From Octopus bimaculoides (taxonomy: Eukaryota), in assembly GCF_001194135.2 (NCBI RefSeq), contig NC_068984.1, positions 42,485,042 to 42,549,041 on the forward strand: 64,000 nt of DNA, in the 5' to 3' direction. Position 1 is the first letter of the stretch; each line of letters begins with the position of its first letter. Below are positions 28,900-40,071 of the stretch, in pieces. The position numbers were made by a program, and so were the translations under genes. The notes beneath the pieces are model-generated. The model had not been told where the DNA came from, searched no databases, and worked only from the letters and a program-made list of their open reading frames with translations.

Positions 28900-28905
<6 letters not shown>
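28617..28905 (+). mobile_element. Decayed tRNA-derived SINE family D
   Basis: A-box-like ggtttagttgttagg, B-box GGTTCGATTCC, then cttgaataaaacactttatttcac central block. Confidence 0.6.
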
Positions 28906-28929
<24 letters not shown>

Positions 28930-28937
<8 letters not shown>

Positions 28938-29190
28938 TACAAAATAGGACAAGAACACAAAACATCCAGATAGACGATACAAAGAAAACGAAGGACAAGT
29001 CATTCGGAGTTTTCTTTCATCAGTCGAGTTCCAGATTATCTTTGCAAATTCGGCTGCTTATACTCGAGATTGCTCCAATCTAGCCATCCCTAAAGAAAAA
29101 CTAATCTAAGAGCATTAAATTCCTTGGAAGAAAGCAGCCAATGTATACAAAACAAGGACGGAAAAAAACGAACAATGTTACACAAATACA
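28930..29190 (-). mobile_element. Penelope-type terminal-repeat-like sequence with hammerhead-like core
   Basis: Minus strand reads CGA-CTGATGA-AAGAAAACTCC-GAAT-GACTTGTC-C-TTCG (28989-29026). The Penelope assignment is inferred from the motif and the nearby GIY-YIG fragment. Confidence 0.4.
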
Positions 29191-29354
29191 TATACATACA
29201 TATATATATATATATATNNNNNNNNNNNNNNNNNNNNNNNNNNNNNNNNNNNNNNNNNNNNNNNNNNNNNNNNNNNNNNNNNNNNNNNNNNNNNNNNNNN
29301 NNNNNNNNNNNNNNNNNNNNNNNNNNNNNNNNNNNNNNNNNNNNNNNNNNNNNN

Positions 29355-29396
<42 letters not shown>

Positions 29397-29399
<3 letters not shown>

Positions 29400-29882
29400 G
29401 GCAAAGAAGAAAATGGAGATAATTAATTGACAAACATCAGCTTACGAACATCAGCTAGATCTATTTATTAATTACAATCATATGAATAAATAAATAAATA
29501 AAGATAAATGAGTGAATATATATCTACTCTTACAGCTGTTTCTACTTTGGGGTCCATTATGCTAAAGTCAACACATCGTACCTAGATTATACAAAAATTG
29601 TGCAAACATTGAACAAAAATTGGACAAAATTTGAACCCCAAAGCTTCATCAGAGAGTCGTCCAATTTTTGTTCAATGTTTATACAATCTTTGTATAATCT
29701 TGGTATGATGTGTCAACCTTGGCATGCTGGACCCCAAAATAGAAACAGCTGTAAGAGTAGAGTTATATTCACTCATTTTTCCTTATTTATTCATATGATT
29801 ATAATTAATATATAGATCCTGTTGATGTTTGTAAGCTGATGTTTGTCAATTAATTATCTTCTCCATTTTCTTCCTTGCCTTA
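29397..29882. mobile_element. Palindromic foldback element (MITE-like), arms about 225 bp
   Basis: 29397-29625 is the reverse complement of 29659-29882 with scattered mismatches. 33-nt spacer, TA at both ends. Confidence 0.85.
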
Positions 29883-30624
29883 TAAATTCTGTTTAAACTT
29901 TTGTTTACCTCTACACATATCTATTATTGAATTGCAATATTGCCTTACACCAGTAAGCATTTGGATATATATAGGTATACATCCAGTAGTATATTGGATA
30001 TTTATTATCCCTTAGATGGTTGTCTAAGCTCTACTCATATATGCGTATNNNNNNNNNNNNNNNNNNNNNNNNNNNNNNNNNNNNNNNNNNNNNNNNNNNN
30101 NNNNNNNNNNNNNNNNNNNNNNNNNNNNNNNNNNNNNNNNNNNNNNNNNNNNNNNNNNNNNNNNNNNNNNNNNNNNNNNNNNNNNNNNNNNNNNNNNNNN
30201 NNNNNNNNNNNNNNNNNNNNNNNNNNNNNNNNNNNNNNNNNNNNNNNNNNNNNNNNNATAAAAGGAGCAAAAATACTGGAGATTCAGTATATATTCCACG
30301 TGGCAAAATTATGAGTTGAAAATATGTGGAAAACATATATAAGAAGTGGAAGAGAAATACCATCGTTTCACATAGTTTAGTATCGTTATATAAAGAAATG
30401 TTTTTTTTAAATATATACATATTTTATGAATGTTGTGATATCCAACCGCTTTTCGCTATTTAAATTAGCTTTTCAAGGGACATTGTGAAGTAATCAATTC
30501 TTGTGACAAAGGGGTCTCACCATTTTGGATGCTTGAAAAATAAGAATGAGTCTAAAGAGTGGATCCAGGGAGGCAACAGGTGGCAAGGGGGACAACTAAC
30601 TCCTCAGTACAATTTTTGAAGTGG

Positions 30625-30935
30625 TTAAGTTTGTATATTAAGGTGTTGTCTGTACTTTTGAATGAACAGGTTTTCCTTGTTTAGGCGTTCTTGTAAGGAG
30701 ATTGGATTTTTGCATTGGTATAATGGAAAGATATAGAAATTCGGCGTTTTATTTCTTGCGCATCTGTCGATATGTTCGCTCAGGCCTATCTGCCTGTATC
30801 GAGGAAAACGAATCTGCTCTTTATGCAGCGTGACTCTGCGTCTGAAAGTAGGGCTCGTTTGTCCCACATAATTGTGGCCACAACCTGAGCAGGTTAGGAC
30901 ATAGATAAGTTTCTGGGAAGCACATGTGAAGTTAT
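30625..30935 (-). mobile_element. Penelope-like element GIY-YIG endonuclease fragment
   Basis: Minus strand FTCASQKLIYVLTCSGCGHNYVGQTSPTFRRRVTLHKEQIR...KENLFIQKY, the PLE pattern IY..C..C...YVGQT..R..H. Confidence 0.8.
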
Positions 30936-30999
30936 ATATATATGAATGATTTTAAAAAACATGTAGTAAATACAAGCTAACATATACTAAGTACACAGG

Positions 31000-31235
31000 T
31001 GAACAGAAAATACAGAAAGTCAAGTCACCAACTCTTCATCAGTTATCGGCCAAAGAGTCAAACGCAATTTCAGCCATTATCGATAATATAGATTCCACTC
31101 TGGAGACACCGGCAAGAAACTTGCCGGGAATGGGACCAAAACATAACAAAACGAGACGGGCTCGAGACGAGACCTTTAGTGGACAGGCGAGGGACAAAAC
31201 AATAAACAGAATAAAGGCTTAGGGCCACTCGAAGT
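31000..31235 (-). mobile_element. Probable PLE terminal-repeat remnant
   Basis: Minus-strand CTGATGAAGAG near 31032-31042, just upstream of the GIY-YIG fragment. The GAAA part is degenerate. Confidence 0.35.
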
Positions 31236-31239
31236 CACC

Positions 31240-31541
31240 AATTAATAAGGATAATAATACATATACAACAAAATAAACCTCAGAAATGCCAACAATAGCA
31301 GCAACAACAACAGCCGAACAACTGTTATAGCAACTGTGGCACTACAGATTGATTGAAGTACCACCATTAGCATCACCACTGCCACCACCACCACCACGAT
31401 CATCATCCGCATCATCCAGAGCCCCACCCGTTGCTGTAACTCCCCTACTTCACGTCCCCACTACTCACAGAGAGCCACCACTAGACATATACACAGAAGG
31501 CCAATTATAGAAACGCAATGACTACGGCAGTAGTAGTAGTA

Positions 31542-31605
<64 letters not shown>

Positions 31606-31870
31606 CAGTAGTAGTTATTGTTCATGCGGGTGCTGCAGTTATAGTTGTTGTTGTTCCGCCTATTCTGCCCCACCCTCATTGCTAGCATGTACCATTATCG
31701 ATTTCTCATTTTTATGCAACACCATCGTAAGCATCACCACCACCACCACCACTCATAACGACTGTCACTATCATCACTACTACAATGACTGGCGTCGCCA
31801 TCTCTGCCTCCATCACCACCATCACAAAGTCCTTTACTCCCTCACCCCCACCTACTGTAACTCCCCTACC
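31240..31870. repeat. Triplet microsatellite region (CAC/CAT/AGT)n
   Basis: Direct reading. Confidence 0.85.
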
Positions 31871-32244
31871 ACATTTCACTAAAATTTGTATTATTTCGAA
31901 TCAATGAAGAATTCTCAATGTGGTTCTCGACCTCATCTCATGGAAGTAGAAACTAATTCTCCCTCAAGTTCCCAACCGTATCTTAAAGTAAGGCCACTTT
32001 AGATAATGTTACACTGTATGTATGAAAAAGTCGGGATGTTCATGGCTGAAATACCTTTTATCATAGTTCCTCTTAATGAGGAATGGTATTCAGTATTTCT
32101 CAGCCATTTTCTACCTACGGAGTTTCTTTGATTCTTATTTCACTCGAGTAGTCATTTGATGTTTTAAAAAATTATATATTTTTATAATTAGATATTATTA
32201 GGAATTGAATAAAAAAAAATTCTTAAAATATTTTGAGAAATGTA

Positions 32245-32406
32245 GGCGCAGGAGTGGCTGTGTAGTAAGAAGCTTGCTTCCCAACCACATGGTTCCGGGT
32301 TCAGTCCCACTGCGTGGCACCTTGGGCAAGTGTCTCCTACTATAGCCTCGAGCCGACTAAAGCCTAGTGAGTGGATTTGGTAGACGGAAACTGAAAGAAG
32401 CCCGTC

Positions 32407-32456
<50 letters not shown>

Positions 32457-32457
32457 A

Positions 32458-32508
<51 letters not shown>

Positions 32509-32720
32509 TATTTGTGTGTCTGTGTTTGTTCTCCTCACCATCACTTGACAACCGATGCTGGTGTGTTTACGTCCCCGTAACTTAGCGATTCGGCAAACGA
32601 AACCGATAGAATAAGTATTAGGCTTACAAAGAATAAGTCCTGCAGTCGAAATGTTCGACTAAAGGCAGTGCCCCAACATGGCCGCAGTCAAATGACTGAA
32701 ACAAATAAAAGAATAAAAAA
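32245..32720 (+). mobile_element. Full-length SINE family B
   Basis: GGCGCAGGAGTGGCTGTG A-box, GGTTCAGTCCC B-box, CCTTGGGCAAGT core, internal (AT)/(GA) tract, tail ending aaataaaagaataaaa. Confidence 0.9.
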
Positions 32721-32856
32721 AACATGTTAAAGTATAACTACAACCCTCAAGGGCCATTCGACCCCCGAGGGTCAATGGATCCTTAAAGGACATATGGACG
32801 CCCACTGAAAACCACTGGTCTAGATGTAATGAACATTTAATATTACTCGCATTATA

Positions 32857-33230
32857 AGGCCAGAACCTTTAGCACGTCGGACAAAATGCTTAGCGGCATT
32901 TCGTCCGTGTTCACGCTCTGAGTTCAAATTCCACCGAGGTCAACTTTGCCTTTCATCCTTTCAGAGTTGATAAAATAAGGATCAGTCAAGCACTGGGGTC
33001 GACGCAATCGACTTAATTCCTCTCCGAAATTGCTGGCCTTGTATCAAAAATTGAAATCAATATTACTCGCCATTATATTCGCTTGTCCTTACGTTCAAAT
33101 ATCTCCGAGGTCAACTCTGCCCTTCGTCCTTCCGGAGTCGATAAATTAAGTACCAGTTGAGCACTGGGGTTCGTGTGATTGACTTGCCCCTCCCTTCAAA
33201 ATTGGTGGCCGTGTGTCAAAATTCGAAACC
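32857..33230 (+). mobile_element. Two tandem SINE family C copies (32857-33058, 33078-33230)
   Basis: gagttcaaattcc, gcctttcatcctt..gataaa..agtaccag central block (possibly Meta/MESC-like). Separated and flanked by three copies of AATATTACTCG..ATTATA. Confidence 0.8.
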
Positions 33231-33499
33231 AATATTACTCGTATTATAACAGCTGATTTTCATTTATATTTACATCACAAACACTGGCAGCAGCACTAAA
33301 ATCGCCAACACTATAACCGACGGAGCCACTATATAGGAAAGCCATCGGCTAGAAATAGCAGAGAGATTCCAATCAAATTACATCGCCTTGAACATCGGAC
33401 ACTTTAGATGTAATCCGAGTTGGTCCAGCTTGGAATGCCTTAATTAGGGCTGAACTATGCACTAAACGCCGCTATTGCTTGAAATACAACGCTGCTATT

Positions 33500-34065
33500 G
33501 CTTGAAATATCCCCAATTGTAAACACCACTGGACGTTATCTCCGCTATATGACCACCACTACAGTAGCCCTCTCCAACACCACCACCACACTACCGTCAC
33601 CGCTATCGCTACCAATCCCACCAAAAGCAACATCATCACCAGTTAACATATCTTTCTCACTGTTACCACTGCCATTAGTATCTTCCCTCACTATACACTC
33701 ACACACACACACACACACTCTCTCGCGCGCGCGTTTACCGGTATGTTAGCAGCATCACTAACAGTTGTTGTACGTACCATCTCGTTCTCACTAGCATCAC
33801 CACTACCATCATTACGACCACGACCACCCTATCCTCGTTACCGCCACTACCACTATCAAAACCACTACCACCACCACTACTATCACAACCACCATCACAA
33901 TTGCAAGTAATACCAGCACAGACAACACCATCACCACAAAACAACAACATCAACATGTAAACCATCTCCACCGCAATAACTAATACTACCATCAAACACC
34001 CACTCACCCACCCATCTTCTCTTCGAAAAACCCTCATCCTACTCTCATTCCACTGTCTACAATTA

Positions 34066-34113
<48 letters not shown>

Positions 34114-34117
34114 CAGA

Positions 34118-34193
<76 letters not shown>

Positions 34194-34260
34194 ACAGCAG
34201 CAACAACAACGACAGCTGCAACAGCGCCACTACTGCCGCTCAGCCCCAAGATGCCATTCC
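33500..34260. repeat. (CAC/CAT)n-rich and (AGT)n/(AGC)n triplet region
   Basis: Direct reading. Confidence 0.85.
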
Positions 34261-34624
34261 AGTTCTTACCATCTCTGTTAGAAGACTTGACTACCCATTT
34301 CACTCACTGACAGCCGCAGCGACCGAAAGGGCAGCAGAACGGGATGTGATACGACACAAACATAACAGGAAAAAGCAAAAAAAAAAAAAAAACCACAAAA
34401 AAACTTGTAAGCTTACATGTAAAGAAATAAAATTACTGATCAACGAATAAATAAAATATTAAAATGTCATATATATATATATACACACACACACACGCAA
34501 ATATACATACATGTATATAGCTGTTAAACAAAAGCAAGGAAAACTAAAGAGAAAACTCGAGGAATGACAATAAAATAGCGAACACAAAAACCCGTTCTTT
34601 GACAACGTACTTAGTTACAGCGTC

Positions 34625-35130
34625 CAGAGGACTGTAATTGCCATAGCAACAAAAGCTGGAATTACGGCCGTTCATAAACACTAACAACTGGAATTACTTC
34701 TGTTAATATAACAACAACACCTATCGTAATAGCACCTGTCGTTACTATTATTATAGCAATAATACTTGGAACTAAAGTGCTTGTATCGTAATAACAAATG
34801 GTGTTACCGCGGTTACTATAGCAATAACGACTTTTACTACAGCCGTTACTATAGCAATAACGACTGGAACTATCATCGTTATTATTGCAATAACAAATAG
34901 AACGATCGCCGTTACGATAGAAATAACAACAGTGATTGTCGTTGTTATGAACTATAGCAGTAAGTGGAACTACTATCATCATTAAAGCAACAACAGCGAA
35001 TGACGTTGTTTCTATAGCAACTGGAACTACTACTGTAACTATAGCGACAGCGATCGATGAATTCTACCGTCGTACTTATAGCAACACCATAACTACAGCG
35101 GTAACTAGAGTAACAACCACTAGACCGACT
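34625..35130. repeat. Degenerate minisatellite with recurring GTTACTATAGCAATAAC and ACTGGAACTA units
   Basis: Repeated near-copies of these words, with stops in the frames examined. Confidence 0.6.
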
Positions 35131-35260
35131 CATTAATGCTATCCGTATCAGGAGTTATTACTTTTGGAATTTTTTAAAAACATTTGGAGAAATACCTTTG
35201 GATCTACCCCAGTAGCAATAGATGGATCTACCTCTGTAAATTATAAGTAACAGCAATACC

Positions 35261-35317
<57 letters not shown>

Positions 35318-36610
35318 AGTAGTTAATATAACCACTCAACATTATGACACCAACATCAATGCATTATTATTAAACATCATTATCATCAGCAGCAACTACT
35401 ACTACTACTACTACTACTAATAATAATAATAATAATGTGGCCGGTGTAGGAGATTTAAACCTAATCACTTCAGTTACGTAGCTAATATGCCCTTTGGAAA
35501 GGCATGCACGTCATATAATCTCTTTATTAGCCATGCAAACATTTTATCCTTTATTTTAGATAGAAATCATACTTATTGTAATAAGCATTATTGCTTAATT
35601 ATTCATATTGTTATTAATAGAAATACTATCATTTATATTATAATTATAAAAATTATGAAACTAAAATCCTACAATAACTTTGAAAATAACAACCAACAAC
35701 AACAAGTAAAAACAGGAAAAGCAAGAAATAGCCTGTAAGACATAAATTATCATTTCTGTTTGACTATTTTCAGGTGTGACCAAAGTTTTTAAATCTGTAA
35801 TTAGTATTTACATTCATCTCTCTTTTGATCCGTTTTTTTTTTTAAACAACGTAAGTGTGAGAATTAAATGAAATAAGGACATTTTTGTTTTGTTTTGTGT
35901 GAACATAGATACAAGAACTAAAGAAATAATTTAAAGTTTCGCGTAGATATTTTTAGGCATATAATATTAAGTGATTTGCGTTTAATAACTCCTGCAAATA
36001 TTCATTACCTGAGAAAAGTGAAGATAAAAAGAAAATATCATAAACAGTGGATTTGTGAATACATGTCTGTAACTAATCGACCGGCAAATTAATCGGCGGG
36101 TCGTTTTCGAATTCTAGAAGTACATTCATTTCTCTGAAACTTACCGTTCTTTTTCCTCATTTGTTCATAAGTAAACAATATATTATAAAAAAAAATTCAT
36201 TCAAAAGTGAGAACGCTGAAGTTAAGAAGACAATCAATAAGTAAACAATTTAGTCTGATTTTATATAGTACGTTTACCGTTTGACAGATATATGAAACTA
36301 CGAGGGACATGATAACTCAAAGAGAGTAACCAATCAAATTCACAGGTAAATTAGATACAAGCAACGCCATGTAACTAAGGTAAACTGGCTTGGTTACAAC
36401 TAAATAACTTGTGGGACTGGGACAGGGAAGAGGCTTAATAAGATCTCACAAATGACATAACACTGGTCATAAACAAATTGACTACACCTATCAGGAAAAA
36501 AGCGGGAATATTAATTAAATAAGATACACGCAAGAGATAATGTTACTTTGTAGACATTACATAAAAATGACTGATAATTGAGAAATAGATAAAATAACAG
36601 ATGGACAAAC

Positions 36611-36667
<57 letters not shown>

Positions 36668-37194
36668 TACATACATTACGTACACATATACATGCATACA
36701 TCGAAATGAGTATATAGATAAATCGATACATACAAAAAAGACTGTTAGGTAGATATTAACTAGATATAACGTCAAGTAGTGGTTAGAAAGCTCGGTAACA
36801 ATATACTATTCAGCTTTTTAACATCCAAGGGTGTACGTTTACCCAATATATTTGTAGGCTACTTGTTTACAGTAGCATTCACTTTCGAACTATTCACACA
36901 CATACACGAAGACGAATGGAAAGAGAGAGTGAATGAGAGAAAGCGAATTACAGACATAAATAGATAGACATACGTAATTAGACAATATATATACGCTGGT
37001 AAATAATAACAAAGTGATATTTAAATTCCATTTGGACTTGGCAGATGTCTAAAATGATTCGGAATGGGAGTCAGCAAATATAACAGAAATCCTTTTTGGT
37101 AAAGGGACTGTTCAATCAATTCTAGCGATTGTTTTTGTCTTCTTTCCGACAGCCTGCTGAGGTACTGAGATCTTATTAAACTTGGTCAGTCCTT

Positions 37195-37309
37195 TTAGAG
37201 AATCGCGTGTAGACGCGCACGCACGCACGTGAGTGCGTACGCGCATCTGCGTGCGCGCGCTCGCATGTGCGTGTGCGTTTGTGTCCGCTTGTGTGCGCTT
37301 GTGTGTGTT

Positions 37310-37340
<31 letters not shown>

Positions 37341-37480
37341 GCGCGTTCATATGAATGAATGTGTAGGCTAGTGTAAATGCGTGAGTGAATGTATGCGTGT
37401 CTGTGTCTGCGCACGTGTGCGTGAGTGTGTGTGTGTGTGTGTGTGTTTGTATGCATGCGTGTATGTGTGTAATAAACATA
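37195..37480. repeat. CpG-rich alternating purine-pyrimidine tract (TG/CG)n
   Basis: Direct reading. Confidence 0.85.
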
Positions 37481-38056
37481 AGCGTGTAACAGCGTGAGGT
37501 GATAGTAGTGCGGTTGAGTGTATATGTGCGTGTGGAAACACCTTGTACGTGCTAAAGGTGTGTATACATTTATGTAAGTATCGCCTTTGTTTGAGTGAAT
37601 TTCTGAACATAAAAATAACGTGTTTACGTATGCGTGTACGCGATTGCGTGCGCACGCGTGTTTCTGTGAATCCTTCTCGTAGTTAAAAAAAAGTTAAGTG
37701 TTTGTCTTTGCTTTGACTCGAGACGACGCTATCATCACACACGTCTGACAAGAGGCCTGTGTGTGCTGGAGAAGTTTTCCCCTTTCTTTTTCTGTTTTTT
37801 TTTCTTCATTTTTTTGTGTGTGTTTTATTTTTTGCTTTTTTTGTTTCTTTTCTTTGTCTCCTTATGTAGTTTTTTTTTTGCACGACTCCAGTTCTTTCTG
37901 TCTGTCCGACTGTCTGTCGTTTGCCTGCCTGGATGATGTAGTAACACAACATACACACAAATACATACCTCGATCACACACATACACACACACACACATA
38001 TATATATATATAAACACACACGCACAAACATACACACACTCACACTCACGCACACA

Positions 38057-38088
<32 letters not shown>

Positions 38089-38345
38089 NNNNNNNNNNNN
38101 NNNNNNNNNNNNNNNNNNNNNNNNNNNNNNNNNNNNNNNNNNNNNNNNNNNNNNNNNNNNNNNNNNNNNNNNNNNNNNNNNNNNNNNNNNNNNNNNNNNN
38201 NNNNNNNNNNNNNNNNNNNNNNNNNNNNNNNNNNNNNNNNNNNNNNNNNNNNNNNNNNNNNNNNNNNNNNNNNNNNNNNNNNNNNNNNNNNNNNNNNNNN
38301 NNNNNNNNNNNNNNNNNNNNNNNNNNNNNNNNNNNNCTTGCTTAG

Positions 38346-38395
38346 CTCCCTCCCTGTACGCCCGCCGCCGCCGCCGCCGCCGCCGCCCGCCCGTT
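38346..38395 (+). repeat. (GCC)n GC-rich tract about 150 bp upstream of the ATG, possibly promoter or 5'UTR
   Basis: ccgccgccg run in otherwise AT-rich DNA, next to an assembly gap. Confidence 0.6.
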
Positions 38396-38545
38396 TCTTC
38401 GTCTGTCTGTCTGTTAGTTAGTCAGTCAGTCAGTTAGTCCGTCAGATGCATATTAGCCACTAGCGATTTCTCTTTCGATGCCTTCTCCCGTCGCCTCGGA
38501 AGACTACACCTCGGAACGCTAAGACAAAATGTTCTTGCATTCAAT

Positions 38546-38641
38546 ATGGCTACTACCAGGCCTGCATATGTTTTTACCTCATGTTTCTGTCTTGTTCAAT
38601 CGCTCTTGTTCATGCTATTCTTGATCTGGAATGTCTCTACA
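38546..38641 (+). other. Predicted signal peptide (aa 1-32)
   Basis: Basic n-region (R5), hydrophobic core VFTSCFCLVQSLLFMLFLIW, plausible VST|SP cleavage site. Judged by eye. Confidence 0.65.
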
Positions 38642-40020
38642 TCACCTACAATACCATCGTCACCGTCGCCGTCGTCGCCAGCATCCTTGTCGCCGCTGTT
38701 GTCAACGTCGTCGCCGCCGTCGTCGCTACCGTCCATGTCATCTTCATCATCACCATTATCATCGGCAGCATCACCTCCGTCGCCATCATCATCAGCAGCA
38801 GCAGCAGGAGCAGCAGCAGTAACAACGGTACCATCAACATCGTTTAATTTACCAGCGTCATCCCCTTACCAACATTTTCAATTACCGGCTTTCCCACCGT
38901 CATCAACATCACCGCCGTTATCTTCCTCCTTTTCTTCGTCACCATCCTTGTTATCGGTGTCGCCGTCATCACGGTCACTCTCTTCTCGAGTATTGTCTCA
39001 TACGCCACCAGCGTTGGCCACCATGCAGCTGTTATCCAGTAAGCAGCCGAGTTTGGTGCCAGGCTTCAATAATTCAGCCGTATCTGCTTCGATTCACTTG
39101 GACAAGTTTTCGGTGGCATCTGAAAACGTTAGCATTATCGCTACCGTCACCACCACCAACACCACCACCACCACCAACAACAACAACAACGACATAAATA
39201 ACAATGAAACGAATCGAATTATTATAGACAATGGGTCACAGCGCAACTACTATCACCAGAACCAGCAGCGGCAGAAACAACAACAACAACAACAACAACG
39301 ACAGCAGCAACAACAACAACAACAACAACAACAACAAAACCAACAAAGACAGAAAAAATCAGAAAATCAGCAACGCTGGCGGATACGAGAAGATAAAAAA
39401 GAAGAAAAACATCATCAACATGAACAAAAGCAGAAACCACAAACACAACAACAACACCAACCACAACTTCTGATTCTACTTCAAAAAGAAGAAAGACGAA
39501 CACTTCGGCGATTACAAAAACAACAACAGCAACATCAAAACCAGCATTATCACCAACACCAGAAGCAGCAACAGCTGCGACATCAACAACAACAACACCG
39601 GCAACAAAATCTACAGCTGCATGGTTTGAATTCGACGCAGCAAGCACAGCAAAAGTATGGAAATCTCTACAAACAACAACGAGGGCGGAATAGCTCGTTG
39701 GCTTATCTTAATCAATTCTACCGCTGGTCCCAAGGGATCCCTACTAAACAACGGGACCAACAGATACACAATGGATATTCGGATTATAACGGGTTAACAA
39801 ATTCCTCTTCACTTTCCAATCTAACAAGCTCCGAGCATGTTCGTGCGGTAAACAACACTCGGTCACTTTTATCATCTTTGTATATTAATAATATAGTTGG
39901 TAACATTACCCACACTAACAAAACAGACGTTACTATGCACGCGTTGACAAACACATCCTCGCCTTCACCTTCACCTTCACCGTCACTGACACCAACACCT
40001 ACACCACCACCGCTATCGCT

Positions 40021-40071
<51 letters not shown>

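Noticed and set aside
33346-33361. GCTAGAAATAGC matches the engineered SpCas9 sgRNA tetraloop
   Set aside because: This is a 12-bp coincidence inside a eukaryotic dispersed repeat. There is no rest of the scaffold, no CRISPR array and no cas gene.
31242-34303. Hydrophobic or Tyr/Thr/His-rich ORFs in the triplet-rich upstream region
   Set aside because: They are short, repeat-derived and open on both strands, with no splice or domain support.
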